Positions 26,554-36,421 are shown, counted from the stretch's first letter. The stretch: 49,108 nt of DNA from Bacilli bacterium (GCA_024683495.1 JAIKYF010000056.1:1-49108); one strand, 5' to 3'. The notes: generated by a model from the letters alone, not told the origin. Made by a program: numbers and translations.

Positions 26554-28151
26554 GGTTCGCCTGCGAGATCTCTTAACTTCGAGTCATCGATCTTGCATAA
26601 GGGGGTCTTCGGGAGCTTATCCAAGAAGACGATTTTCTCTGGCATATAGGCAGGTGGAAGCTTTCTTTCGATATCTTCCTTGACGGCCTTTTCGACTTCC
26701 GCTTTATCGGCTGGGTGGTCGCCTCTTCTAATGACCAGGGCCAAATGGAAGACGTGGCCCTTACGGACATGGGGGACCCCATAGCAATAGGCCTCATAGA
26801 TATCAGGTATGGCCGTTGCGACTTGCTCGACATCGGAAGGGCAGAGGGTCTCGCCATTGATCTTGACGATCCTTCTCATTCTCTGACGGAAGATGAGGTA
26901 GCCGTCTTCGTCCATCATCCCAAAGTCTTTGGTGGAAAGATACTTCTTTCCATTGATGTTGACGAAGACCTCTTTATTGAGCTCGTCGCTATTGAGATAG
27001 CCACTCATGATATTCCCGCCGGAGATAAGGATTTCCCCTTCGGTATTGGGAGGGAGGATTTCTCTAGTCTCAGGGTCGACGATCAATTCATCGACATCGG
27101 GGAGGGGTTTGCCAATCGTTCCTCTCTTATGGTTGAATTTGGTGTTGATGTTAACCGCGGACATGGTCTCGGTTAAGCCATATCCTTCGTAGAGTCTAGC
27201 ATCGGAATCCCATTCTTTCATCGCGTTGTTCCATCTATCTAGAAGGGATTGGGCGATGCTATCGCCACCGACGAAGGAAACATTCTGTTTCTTTAGCCAT
27301 GGGCCATAGAAGGAGTCTCTAGAAAGTAAGGCGTTGAAGATAGCAGGAACCGCGACGATGCAGGTGCTATGGGCTTTCTTAATGTGATTAATGGCCTCTT
27401 TGGTGTTGAATTTGATCTGCAAAACCGTGGCCATTCCACCGACTAATAAAGTATGGACGCCCATCTCTAAGCCAAAGGTGTGGAATAGAGGGATGGCGGT
27501 GAGCATTCTGATTTCTTCTCTAGGACCTTTGATAAGGTCATAGCCTCTTAAAGCCACGAAGTTCGTCGTGTCATTGGAGATGACGACGATCTTGGGCTCT
27601 CCATTGGTTCCGCCGGTATTCAAATAGACGCAGGGGTCGCTGCCCTTGACATCGGCTTCGACGATTTCCTTGGAAGGCTTGATCTTCCAATAATTCTCAA
27701 TGCCATGGGCCCTTTTGGTTTTGGCCCAGACGGCCAGGTATTTAATTAGGTTGATTCTCTTATAGGGGTTGATGGATAAGACGCGGATATCGCTTGGCAA
27801 AGCCTTCCGATAATTGGCGGCCGATAAGGAAAGGGACATCAAGACTTTGGACCCGGATTTCCTCATCATTTCCTGCATCATCGGAGGAGGGGTCATGGGG
27901 TGGATGTTATAGGAGATGGCCCCGATTTTATTTAAGCCATATAGAAGGAAGACGGCTTCGGAGCAGTTGGGCATCGACATGGCGACGACGTCGCCTTTCT
28001 TGATGCCGATGGCCGACATCTTTCTGGCGGCCAAGTCGATTTCTCTTTTCAGCTGGACATAATTCCAAGTCCGATTCTCAAACCTCATCGCGAGGTTCTT
28101 CGGCCACGTTTTAGCGGCAAATGCAAATTGCGCGTATATTGAGTTTTCCAT
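26538..28151 (-). CDS. AMP-dependent synthetase/ligase (acyl-CoA synthetase-like adenylate-forming enzyme)
   Basis: 537 aa. YLNTGGTNGEPK (AMP-binding core), EGYGLTET, DEDGYLIFRQR motifs. Confidence 0.8.
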   Translation of the reverse strand: MENSIYAQFAFAAKTWPKNLAMRFENRTWNYVQLKREIDLAARKMSAIGIKKGDVVAMSMPNCSEAVFLLYGLNKIGAISYNIHPMTPPPMMQEMMRKSGSKVLMSLSLSAANYRKALPSDIRVLSINPYKRINLIKYLAVWAKTKRAHGIENYWKIKPSKEIVEADVKGSDPCVYLNTGGTNGEPKIVVISNDTTNFVALRGYDLIKGPREEIRMLTAIPLFHTFGLEMGVHTLLVGGMATVLQIKFNTKEAINHIKKAHSTCIVAVPAIFNALLSRDSFYGPWLKKQNVSFVGGDSIAQSLLDRWNNAMKEWDSDARLYEGYGLTETMSAVNINTKFNHKRGTIGKPLPDVDELIVDPETREILPPNTEGEILISGGNIMSGYLNSDELNKEVFVNINGKKYLSTKDFGMMDEDGYLIFRQRMRRIVKINGETLCPSDVEQVATAIPDIYEAYCYGVPHVRKGHVFHLALVIRRGDHPADKAEVEKAVKEDIERKLPPAYMPEKIVFLDKLPKTPLCKIDDSKLRDLAGEPKAEE

Positions 28152-28163
28152 AGCAAATCCCCC

Positions 28164-29063
28164 TTAGAATTTAAATCTATAGCCAAAAGGCAGACATATT
28201 AGGAACAAAATTAGGTAAATCACCGGAGTGTGTAACACATAGATGAGTAAGGAATTGTTGCTCATCCAGACAAGCGGGGCCGCCCACTTCTTTGGCAATG
28301 AGGCCGGCAGCAAAGATCTTTTCTTCGCGTAGATGGTCTTTCCGACCGTCGCCCCGAAGAAGACCATGAGGCAAGTGAGGAGCGGGGAGAAATAGTCATC
28401 TCCTAAATGATTGAGGCCTAAGACGAGCCTCCATAGATTTAACGGCATTGGATATTTAGTCGTGTTAAGCGAGGTGAGCCAGCCCCAGTTGAGGGTCTCC
28501 CCGAATTTGGCGACGGATAATAGATAGAGAACGGAGAAGACGATTCCGATTCCGAAATCCACCCAATAGGATTTGAAGAAGGTATCCACCAAAGCATAGA
28601 GCAATAAGGCGATGGACATCGATTGGAGGATGCCGACATAGATATGGAAGCCGAGATTGAAGATATTGCTCACTATTTCGATGCTGACCACCATAACCGT
28701 AGAGAACAAGGCCAGTTTCAAGGAACGGTCCCAGTTATTTCGGCTGAAGGAAGTCGAAACGCCCGCTAAGAACATGAACATCGAGGAGAAGAAGAACTCC
28801 AAGAAGAAGCATTGGCCATAGTCGATTAACGCGAAGACGGTATAGCCGAAAAGGGCAGCGTTTTCAATCCAGGGGACCGGCTGATCGGGCGGGACGAAAA
28901 AGCCCATCTTATTGATCTCTCCTAAGCAAAAGCAAGCATGGAGGGCAATCATAAGGAAAACGGCGAGCCCTCTAACTAAGTCAATCTCAAAAATCCTCTC
29001 CTTCTTCTTATAGAAGCGGGAGGGGAGATATCCATAAGGTTTTTTCGCTTTTCCTAAGGCCAT
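28164..29063 (-). CDS. DUF1624 / heparan-alpha-glucosaminide N-acetyltransferase-like membrane acyltransferase
   Basis: 299 aa, polytopic. The N-terminal RIFEIDLVRGLAVFLMIALH motif is typical of the family. Confidence 0.55.
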   Translation of the reverse strand: MALGKAKKPYGYLPSRFYKKKERIFEIDLVRGLAVFLMIALHACFCLGEINKMGFFVPPDQPVPWIENAALFGYTVFALIDYGQCFFLEFFFSSMFMFLAGVSTSFSRNNWDRSLKLALFSTVMVVSIEIVSNIFNLGFHIYVGILQSMSIALLLYALVDTFFKSYWVDFGIGIVFSVLYLLSVAKFGETLNWGWLTSLNTTKYPMPLNLWRLVLGLNHLGDDYFSPLLTCLMVFFGATVGKTIYAKKRSLLPASLPKKWAAPLVWMSNNSLLIYVLHTPVIYLILFLICLPFGYRFKF

Positions 29064-29064
29064 A

Positions 29065-30171
29065 TTAGTACTTTCTGTTCTGATAATACGCCTTGGTTTT
29101 CTCTGTCTTCGTCTTCCTCTCGATCGTCTTAAATGGCGATTTCCTTAATTTCGGTTTGCTGGATTTATGACTTTCGTAGACGATCACCTGATGCTCTAAA
29201 TCGGGCATTGGGGTGAGTTTGCTTCTCTCTTCGATCTCTTCGGCGGTTCTCTCCTTGATCTTGGGAAGCTCAAATAGATAGATGACTAAATAGACTAGGA
29301 TGCAGGAATATAAGGCCCCGAAAGCGACGTCGCTTAAGTAGTGGTGCCCATCGAAGATTCGCCCAAAGGCCACGACCATCGTGAAGATGTAGGTTATATA
29401 GACGAAATAGTAGGATTTATCTTTGGTCTTCTCATTTAATCTAGCGATTAAGCAGAACATGATACCTAACGTAGAGAAGGCTGTGTGGTTGGAGGGCCAG
29501 CTATGGAATAAATCTTCATCTGGGGCTTTTTCCAAGGACATGAAGGTTTCCTTGACAGAAGTGTCGAAAGTCCACCAATCGCGGTAGAGGCTATAATCGT
29601 TGTTGTTTTCGAGGATGAGGAGATATCTAGGACGGTAGCCGGTTCTCTTTAACATAAAGGAGAGCCCAAGGATGAGGACGGAGGCGACCAATAAGGCTAA
29701 GCCAGTCCGATAAGCTTCTTCCTTATCGCCGTTTCTAGTCCAGAAATAGATGCCGACGCAGATGGCCCCGACGATGAGGACGCCAACTAGTAAGGCAAGA
29801 ATCTGATTATCGATGCCTTGCTTATAGAAGCAATCGTATCCATATAAGGCTCCGGCTAGGACCGGGAAGACTATCGCGCATAAAATAGAGAGGATTTTTG
29901 AGTCCTTCTTGCTCTTAGGGTTATAATTGACGAAGAACATGATTCCAACCGCCCCCAGAAGAGCATAGCCTGGCAAAGAGCCGAGATAATTGATGATTAT
30001 AGAAAAAGCATTGCCTGGCTGAACGACGTTTTTCGATAAGGATAAATCGACGTTGGAGCCAATGATAACGAATAATAAGGCGATGACGACCCCAGCCAAA
30101 GCCTCATAGATTTTTATGTTGGCGAATCCTTGGTTGAGGAACCCTCCAACGCTCTTCAATACTTTTTTCAT
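29065..30171 (-). CDS. PAP2-superfamily membrane phosphatase
   Basis: KRTGYRPR, SWPSNH and GRIFDGHHYLSD match the three PAP2 motifs. The track ORF extends to 30324 and would overlap the divergent gene. The start at ATG 30171 (MKKVLKSVGG...) is preferred. Confidence 0.65.
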   Translation of the reverse strand: MKKVLKSVGGFLNQGFANIKIYEALAGVVIALLFVIIGSNVDLSLSKNVVQPGNAFSIIINYLGSLPGYALLGAVGIMFFVNYNPKSKKDSKILSILCAIVFPVLAGALYGYDCFYKQGIDNQILALLVGVLIVGAICVGIYFWTRNGDKEEAYRTGLALLVASVLILGLSFMLKRTGYRPRYLLILENNNDYSLYRDWWTFDTSVKETFMSLEKAPDEDLFHSWPSNHTAFSTLGIMFCLIARLNEKTKDKSYYFVYITYIFTMVVAFGRIFDGHHYLSDVAFGALYSCILVYLVIYLFELPKIKERTAEEIEERSKLTPMPDLEHQVIVYESHKSSKPKLRKSPFKTIERKTKTEKTKAYYQNRKY

Positions 30172-30178
30172 ACACCAA

Positions 30179-30207
30179 AGTATATATTCCTTTTGGAATA
30201 TTGACAA
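30179..30207 (-). promoter_or_regulatory. candidate promoter TTGTCA-17-TATACT giving a leaderless mRNA
   Basis: The -10 ends 7 nt upstream of the ATG at 30171. No SD. Confidence 0.4.
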
Positions 30208-30273
30208 AACTTTCTCACCATTTTCGATGCTTTTGTGAATAAAAGGCCACTTTTGTGTTAATATAAGCGGGCT

Positions 30274-31677
30274 ATGGGCGAAAAACAATACAAAAGAATC
30301 TACGACGCAACTAAAGATAACCAACTCTCGGTCCTCAAATCGAGCGAGTGTCTTTGTTTGTTCTGCGATTCCCGACTTTCATCTAGAGACATAAAGGATT
30401 GGGTCGATACCCCAGAAGGTGTTTCGGCCGTCTGCCCCATTTGCCAAGCCGACGCGATTCTCCCCGATCCAGAAGGTTCTGGATTCACAAAAGATGAAAT
30501 TTCCCGTGCAAAAGCGCAATATTTTAATCTAAATTACGCTTTGGAACATTCTTTCGCCGCTAGTATGTACGTTGCTAAATTCCTCACTGGAACATTGGAA
30601 AGAAACCCGCAAAATGAGCAATTCTTCATCCAGATCGCAAGACATATGGCCGATAATGGAGATCCTTTCTGCGCCTTTAACCTCGCCGAATTTTATGAAA
30701 ACGGCTCGGAATGGACCGAGCTCAATCTCAATGAGGCAGTGAAGTACTATGGCTTGCCATGTCTGAAAAACGATCCTGTCGCCTTATATAAATTAGGGAG
30801 GATCTATCTTTATAGTGGGCCTAAAGAACCTTTCATGCTCGATATAGCCTACGATTATTTCCTTAAAGGCATGGCCCTCAACTCGGTCGAGTGCCGCTTA
30901 GGTTTCGCCGAGGTTATCCTCAATAATAGATCACATCACTATAACCCAGATTTAGGAAGAGTGATTCTCATTGATATCTTTAATAAGGGATTAAGCAAAT
31001 TCATTGAAAGCCACGGTCAAGATAATGATGATATTTACCATACTTCCTATCTATTCGGCAAAATCTTGATGGACACCAAGATCTTTGCTTTTACCGCTGA
31101 TGCCCAATATGACAAAATGGTCGCTCTCCGCCCGTTGCTCCTCGCCGATTTAGCCTATAACTATGTCGAAAAAGAAGGCGATGCCGACTGCATCGACCTG
31201 GATGAGCACAAAGACATCAAACGGCGAATCAAACGTTTGGCCAAGAAGATGGGCCTCCATAAAGAAGAGCCGAGCTTTGATAATGATACTTTCTTCGATT
31301 CGATCGAATTCATCAATGCCTTCGGCAGCCTCAGCCATGGGGTTATGAAAATCTCTTCCTTAGTCTATGACGAGTATTCGAGAAGCCTATCTTTTAATAT
31401 CGAGTATGAAAAATCCCCATTGATTGTCGATTCAATGAATCTATATTGCGATTTCGGCCCAAGCGAGATTCATTGGTCCTTTTCCGATGTCATATCCTAT
31501 ACAAGAGGCAATATCAGCGAATTCAATTCCATCAATGCCTTCAATCCTCTTAAGTGGATTTTAAAATATAGGGAAAATAACGAGACCGAAAACACCATGA
31601 CTATCGTATTCTTGCCCGTGAACGAAGAAGATGGCGATGTGGTGGAAGAGAATATCGATGAAGAGGAGAAGGCCTAA
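30274..31677 (+). CDS. hypothetical protein with N-terminal CxxC...CxxC zinc-ribbon and Sel1-like repeats
   Basis: 467 aa. CLCLFC...CPIC; repeats such as FNLAEFYENG...AVKYY and ALYKLGRIYLYSG. The stop overlaps the ATG of the ABC gene (TAATG). Confidence 0.5.
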   Translation: MGEKQYKRIYDATKDNQLSVLKSSECLCLFCDSRLSSRDIKDWVDTPEGVSAVCPICQADAILPDPEGSGFTKDEISRAKAQYFNLNYALEHSFAASMYVAKFLTGTLERNPQNEQFFIQIARHMADNGDPFCAFNLAEFYENGSEWTELNLNEAVKYYGLPCLKNDPVALYKLGRIYLYSGPKEPFMLDIAYDYFLKGMALNSVECRLGFAEVILNNRSHHYNPDLGRVILIDIFNKGLSKFIESHGQDNDDIYHTSYLFGKILMDTKIFAFTADAQYDKMVALRPLLLADLAYNYVEKEGDADCIDLDEHKDIKRRIKRLAKKMGLHKEEPSFDNDTFFDSIEFINAFGSLSHGVMKISSLVYDEYSRSLSFNIEYEKSPLIVDSMNLYCDFGPSEIHWSFSDVISYTRGNISEFNSINAFNPLKWILKYRENNETENTMTIVFLPVNEEDGDVVEENIDEEEKA

Positions 31678-33407
31678 TGGAAAAGACTAGATCCTTGACC
31701 CCCTTAAAAAAATACGCCTTCTTTGTCGTCTTAGCCCCCTTGGTCAAACTCTTTGAGGTTGGCTGCGAGCTCATGATGCCCTTCCTTACCCGTTACATCA
31801 TCGACCAAGGCATCAGCAATTCCGATTGGGAATTCACGCTGAAAATGGGATTGTTGCTCATCGGAATCGCCATCTTTGGCTTCTGCATGACGATGATCGC
31901 CCAATATCTTGCGGCCCGGGTCTCCGCCGATTATGGCTACGATTTAAGAAAAGCCATCTATGCCCAAATCAATCGTTTAAGCGAAAAGCAGCTCAATAAA
32001 TATGGGAAGCAAAAGGTTTTGACCCTCGTCAATAACGATTCTTTCTCCCTTCAAAACGGAGTCATGATGTTCATGAGGTTAATCGTGAGACCCCCTTTCC
32101 TTCATTTAGGTGCCACGATAATCTCCTTCACCATTTCCTGGAAGGCCGGTTTAGTCTTCGTCGCCTCGATTCTTTTGTCGGCGGTCATCATCGGCATCGT
32201 CATGTTCGCCTCGCCGAAAAGATATGCCGCCATCCAAAAGAATCTTGATGAAATCTCGACGATTTCCTCCGATTCCTTAAAAGGCGCCAGACAAGTCCGG
32301 GCCTTCAATAAGCAAGGGTACGAGCAAGATAAATTATCTAAATCCGTCGATTCCTATGAGAAGAAAAACATCTCATTAGGCAAGCTCAATTCCTTGATCA
32401 ACCCCTTCACATTCCTTTTCACTAACTTAGCCATTCTCTTCGTCTTATATTTCTGCCGCGACTCCATCGTCACGACTGGGGAAATCACCACTGGCCAAGT
32501 GGTCTCTTTGATCCAATATCTTGTCACCTCTTTAGCGGCCCTTATCATGTGGTCGAGAATGATTGTCTCCATCAATAAGGCAAGAGCCTCCAAAAAGAGA
32601 GCAGACGCCTTCCTTGAGTTAGAGCCCGAAATTGAAAATAATGGGGATTTGCAAGGGAAATCGCTTGATGAGAATGAAGTTTTCCGTTTCGAGGACGTCT
32701 CTTTATCATATGGCGATAATTCCGATAAATATGCCGTGAAGGGCCTATCTACCTCTATTAAGAAAGGAACGTGGGTTGGCATCATCGGCGGGACTGGTTC
32801 AGGCAAATCGACGATGATTGCCTTGATGGAAAGACTCTATGAGCCCACCAAAGGAGAGATCTTCTATCATGGGGTTCCTCTTGATGAATATGATTTGGAA
32901 TCCTTAAGAAAAGAAATCTCTTTGGTCAGCCAAAAGCCTTCAATCTTCAAGGGGACGATCAGAAGCAATCTCCTTTTAGTGAAGCCCGAGGCTACTTCTG
33001 AAGAAATTGACCGGGCTCTATCGATGTCTTTGGCTAAAGAATACGTCGAAAAATTCCCTGATGGCTTAGACCATCCGGTCGAGGAGGCGGGGGCCAATTT
33101 AAGCGGTGGTCAGAAGCAGCGTCTATTGATCGCCAGAGCCATCCTCAAAGGAGGGGATATTCTGATCCTTGATGATTCGACCTCGGCCCTTGATTACCTC
33201 TCCGACCAAAAAGTCCGCCATAACATCTCCTCGATTGAGGGATTGACGAAGATTTTAGTCTCCCAAAGAGCCGCTTCCCTCAAAGACTGCGATCTTATCC
33301 TCGTCTTTGAAAACGGGGAAATCGTCGCTCAAGGAAAATTCGATGATCTTCTTCAAAATTGCGGGCAATTCCGCGATATTTATGAAATGCAGAGGGCCCA
33401 AGCATGA
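31677..33407 (+). CDS. ABC exporter, fused permease/ATPase, subunit 1 (non-canonical Walker B)
   Basis: Six-TM domain, Walker A GGTGSGKST, signature LSGGQKQR. Walker B is ILILDD, with D in place of the catalytic E. Confidence 0.85.
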   Translation: MEKTRSLTPLKKYAFFVVLAPLVKLFEVGCELMMPFLTRYIIDQGISNSDWEFTLKMGLLLIGIAIFGFCMTMIAQYLAARVSADYGYDLRKAIYAQINRLSEKQLNKYGKQKVLTLVNNDSFSLQNGVMMFMRLIVRPPFLHLGATIISFTISWKAGLVFVASILLSAVIIGIVMFASPKRYAAIQKNLDEISTISSDSLKGARQVRAFNKQGYEQDKLSKSVDSYEKKNISLGKLNSLINPFTFLFTNLAILFVLYFCRDSIVTTGEITTGQVVSLIQYLVTSLAALIMWSRMIVSINKARASKKRADAFLELEPEIENNGDLQGKSLDENEVFRFEDVSLSYGDNSDKYAVKGLSTSIKKGTWVGIIGGTGSGKSTMIALMERLYEPTKGEIFYHGVPLDEYDLESLRKEISLVSQKPSIFKGTIRSNLLLVKPEATSEEIDRALSMSLAKEYVEKFPDGLDHPVEEAGANLSGGQKQRLLIARAILKGGDILILDDSTSALDYLSDQKVRHNISSIEGLTKILVSQRAASLKDCDLILVFENGEIVAQGKFDDLLQNCGQFRDIYEMQRAQA

Positions 33408-35140
33408 AGAACATCAAGAAATTCTGGCCATATCTAAAAGGATCGAAAGGCTTGGCCCTCATCTCCTTAATCTGCGCTTCGATCTCCACCTTGGCGAAAT
33501 TAGCCATCCCTTATGTCGCGGGCTTAGCCATCAATGTTTTGACTGAGGCCCTCGCTAAGGGAGTGACTTCCGTCGACATCAGCGCCTATCTTATCATCAT
33601 CGCCTGCTGTTGCGTTGTGGGTGCCCTTTTCCGTTACCTCTTCGATTTCTCGACTGCCGTCTTAGGCCAAAGAGTCATCAAGAATATGCGAAAGATGGTC
33701 TTCGCCTCCTATAATGACGCGCCTATCTCCTATATAGATAAGAATCAGCAAGGCAACCTCGTCTTACGCTTAGTCAATGACGTCGAGAATGTCCAAAATG
33801 GCTTAGTCTCGGGCTTTGCCGCCTTCTATGATGGGGCCATAGCCATCGTCATCACCATCATCTTCATGTTCATGATCAACTGGGTTTTGGGATTGATCGT
33901 CATCGGCTTGACTCCGGTCAGCATCTTCACTAGCCGGGCCATCTCCAAATTCAACGCCAAACACTTCAAATCCCAAGCCAAAGCCGCCGGGGAGATGACG
34001 GGATTTGCTTTGGAAAGCCTCAATAACTCCGAGACCGTCCAAACTCTTGGCATCAAAGAAGGAAGAGAAAAGGAATTCGACGAATTCAATAAGAGGTATC
34101 GCGACAATATCTTCAAGGCCAACATGGGGGCCAGCACGATCAATCCATCCACCCGCTTAGTCAACGCCATAATCAATGCCTGCTTAGTCACCGTCGGCTC
34201 CATCCTCATCATCAAGCATGCCAATATCGGCATCTATTTCGCCGTCGGCAATCTGAGCGCCTTCTTGACCTATGCCGCTAACTATATGCAGCCCTTCAAC
34301 GAGATCAGCGACGTCATCGCCGAGATCGATTATGCCTTCGCTTCCTTCCATAGAATCGATGAGGCCATCAATGCCCCGAAAGATATCAATGAAGGGGAGA
34401 AAATCATCTGTAATGAAATCGATGATTTATCTGCCAAAAACATCACTTTCTCCTATGATGGCAAGCGCGACATCATCAAGGATTTCTCCCTTGATATCTA
34501 TAAAGGCCACCGAATTGCCTTAGTGGGCCCGACCGGCTGCGGCAAGACCACCCTCATCAATCTCTTATTACGCTTCTATGACCCTCAGAAAGGCGCTTTC
34601 TACGCCAATCAGGTTTCCACTCAGGACCTAGAGAAAATCGCCTTCAGAAGCCATATTGGGATGGTTCTCCAAGAGACTTGGATTTTCGATGGGACCATCT
34701 ATGAGAATATCGCTTACGCAAAGCCAGACGCCACTCTTGAAGAAGTCCGCAAGGCCGCCGAGAAAGCCCAAGCCTTGGGCTTCATTGAGCGTCTTCCCGA
34801 TGGCTTTGAGACTAGAGTCAGCGATTCCAGCGGGCTCTCCATCGGTGAGAAGCAGCTTCTCTGCGTGGCCCGAGTGATGCTTCTAGAGCCGGAGATCGTC
34901 ATCCTTGATGAGGCGACCTCCAATATCGATATCAGAACCGAGGCTCTTCTCTCGAAATCCTTCGCGGCCTTGATGGAAGGAAAGACCTCCTTAGTGGTCG
35001 CCCATCGTATCTCCACGATCGTCAATAGCGATCTCATCGTCGTCTTGAAAGACGGGGAGATCATCGAGCAAGGCAATCATCAAGAGCTGATGGAGAAGAA
35101 GGGATTCTATTATTCCTTATTCAACGCGCAATTTAATTAA
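33404..35140 (+). CDS. ABC exporter, fused permease/ATPase, subunit 2 (non-canonical signature)
   Basis: Walker A GPTGCGKTT and Walker B IVILDEATS. The signature motif LSIGEKQ is degenerate. ATGA overlap with subunit 1. Confidence 0.85.
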   Translation: MKNIKKFWPYLKGSKGLALISLICASISTLAKLAIPYVAGLAINVLTEALAKGVTSVDISAYLIIIACCCVVGALFRYLFDFSTAVLGQRVIKNMRKMVFASYNDAPISYIDKNQQGNLVLRLVNDVENVQNGLVSGFAAFYDGAIAIVITIIFMFMINWVLGLIVIGLTPVSIFTSRAISKFNAKHFKSQAKAAGEMTGFALESLNNSETVQTLGIKEGREKEFDEFNKRYRDNIFKANMGASTINPSTRLVNAIINACLVTVGSILIIKHANIGIYFAVGNLSAFLTYAANYMQPFNEISDVIAEIDYAFASFHRIDEAINAPKDINEGEKIICNEIDDLSAKNITFSYDGKRDIIKDFSLDIYKGHRIALVGPTGCGKTTLINLLLRFYDPQKGAFYANQVSTQDLEKIAFRSHIGMVLQETWIFDGTIYENIAYAKPDATLEEVRKAAEKAQALGFIERLPDGFETRVSDSSGLSIGEKQLLCVARVMLLEPEIVILDEATSNIDIRTEALLSKSFAALMEGKTSLVVAHRISTIVNSDLIVVLKDGEIIEQGNHQELMEKKGFYYSLFNAQFN

Positions 35141-35176
35141 GGAATAAATCCTTAAAAACGATTAAGATAATATTGT

Positions 35177-35956
35177 ATGAAGAAGTTTGTGAGAAATTGC
35201 TTCTTAATTGGATTGATCCCTCTATTAGGAGGATGCAAGATCCTCTCTAACGGCCTAGTCGACATCGACACGGCCAAAGGAAGGCTCAAATCCATCATGG
35301 CCTCCGCCAGCGAGGATCCTTTCCTCACCGCCCGTTCCATCACTTTGAAGACCGAAGTCATCGATTATGATGGCTATAAGGAGACAAGCTACAATCTCGA
35401 TGAGCATATCTTCGATTATCAGGCCGCCCCTTATGAGATCATCCATCTCCATAACGTAAGCGATGATAAGGAGGCCGATTCCTATAAGCAAGTGGAGAGC
35501 AATCTCATCACCAAAGACGAGAATGATGCCTATTTAATCGATGGGGCCGCCTATGACCCGGCTCTCCATAGCTATCTTTCCAATTTCTTCTCCTTTGTCG
35601 ATTACACCAAGAGCTCCAATCTCTATTATCTGAACCCGACCTCCGAATACCTCAATTCGGTCCCGACCGCGACCGCGGTCGACCCCAATAAGGTCTATAA
35701 CAATCTGACCGGCTATTCCCTCTCTTCGAGCGGAGGCGACCAGTTAGACGTCTATCTTGAATCCAACGATCTTTCCCTCTATTACGATCTATTTGCCGAA
35801 TTCGAGGTCACTCCCGACTGCACTTTGATCTCCACTAGAGGCAATATCTCCGCCAACCGCCTCAATTATTCGATTGGGGAATTCCTCCATAAGAAAAACG
35901 GAGATAGCAAAACCATCTACCGTGTCACCTTGGTTTTCGGTTACAACCAACAATGA
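35177..35956 (+). CDS. lipoprotein, unknown function
   Basis: Lipobox LLGGC (MKKFVRNCFLIGLIPLLGGC). GATAAT ends 5 nt upstream of the ATG and there is no SD. Confidence 0.65.
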   Translation: MKKFVRNCFLIGLIPLLGGCKILSNGLVDIDTAKGRLKSIMASASEDPFLTARSITLKTEVIDYDGYKETSYNLDEHIFDYQAAPYEIIHLHNVSDDKEADSYKQVESNLITKDENDAYLIDGAAYDPALHSYLSNFFSFVDYTKSSNLYYLNPTSEYLNSVPTATAVDPNKVYNNLTGYSLSSSGGDQLDVYLESNDLSLYYDLFAEFEVTPDCTLISTRGNISANRLNYSIGEFLHKKNGDSKTIYRVTLVFGYNQQ

Positions 35957-36381
35957 AGCCCCGTAGCCAAGAGACTATCTCCTATACGATGTCCCGCATC
36001 AAAGGCAAGGACACCACGATCGAAGTCAAACTCCGCAAAGTCCTCTATCAGAAGGGCTATCGCTATCGCTGCAACAGCAAATACATTTTCGGCCACCCCG
36101 ATATATCCTTCAAAGGCTATAAAGTGGTGGTCTTCTGCGATTCGGAATTCTGGCATGGCTATAATTTCGAGGAGAATAAGGAGAAGATCCATTCCCACAC
36201 CGACTATTGGATTCCGAAGATCGAAAGAAACATCGCTAGAGACAAAGAGGTCAATGAGCGTCTTACTAAAGAAGGTTATACGATCATCCGTTTCTGGGGC
36301 AATGAGATCAATAAGAATCTCGATGAATGCGTGAAGAAAGTGGAAGAAGCCTTGAAAGAGAAAGGCTATCCAAACATATAA
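35953..36381 (+). CDS. vsr: very-short-patch repair endonuclease
   Basis: 142 aa. SRIKGKDTTIE, GHPDISFKGYKVVVFCDSEFWHG, WIPKIERNIARD and IIRFWGNEI match Vsr. ATGA overlap with the upstream lipoprotein gene. Confidence 0.85.
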   Translation: MKPRSQETISYTMSRIKGKDTTIEVKLRKVLYQKGYRYRCNSKYIFGHPDISFKGYKVVVFCDSEFWHGYNFEENKEKIHSHTDYWIPKIERNIARDKEVNERLTKEGYTIIRFWGNEINKNLDECVKKVEEALKEKGYPNI

Positions 36382-36385
36382 AAAT

Positions 36386-36416
36386 GGGAACCGCGAGGTT
36401 CCCAATTTTCTTTTTT
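36386..36416. terminator. bidirectional Rho-independent terminator
   Basis: GGGAACC-gcga-GGTTCCC flanked by AAAAAT and AATTTTCTTTTTT, between convergent genes. Confidence 0.8.
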
Positions 36417-36421
36417 ATTCG

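Noticed and set aside
29065-30324. Long N-terminal extensions proposed by the track (also 38226-39638, 37069, 8329, 21827, 42092, 42997)
   Set aside because: These extensions start at TTG or GTG, or at upstream ATGs without an SD. They add non-hydrophobic residues before clear signal or TM starts, or overlap divergent genes. Internal ATGs with an SD or leaderless -10 boxes fit better.
35941-36405. 154-aa minus-strand ORF
   Set aside because: It is the exact antisense of vsr, which has unmistakable family motifs.
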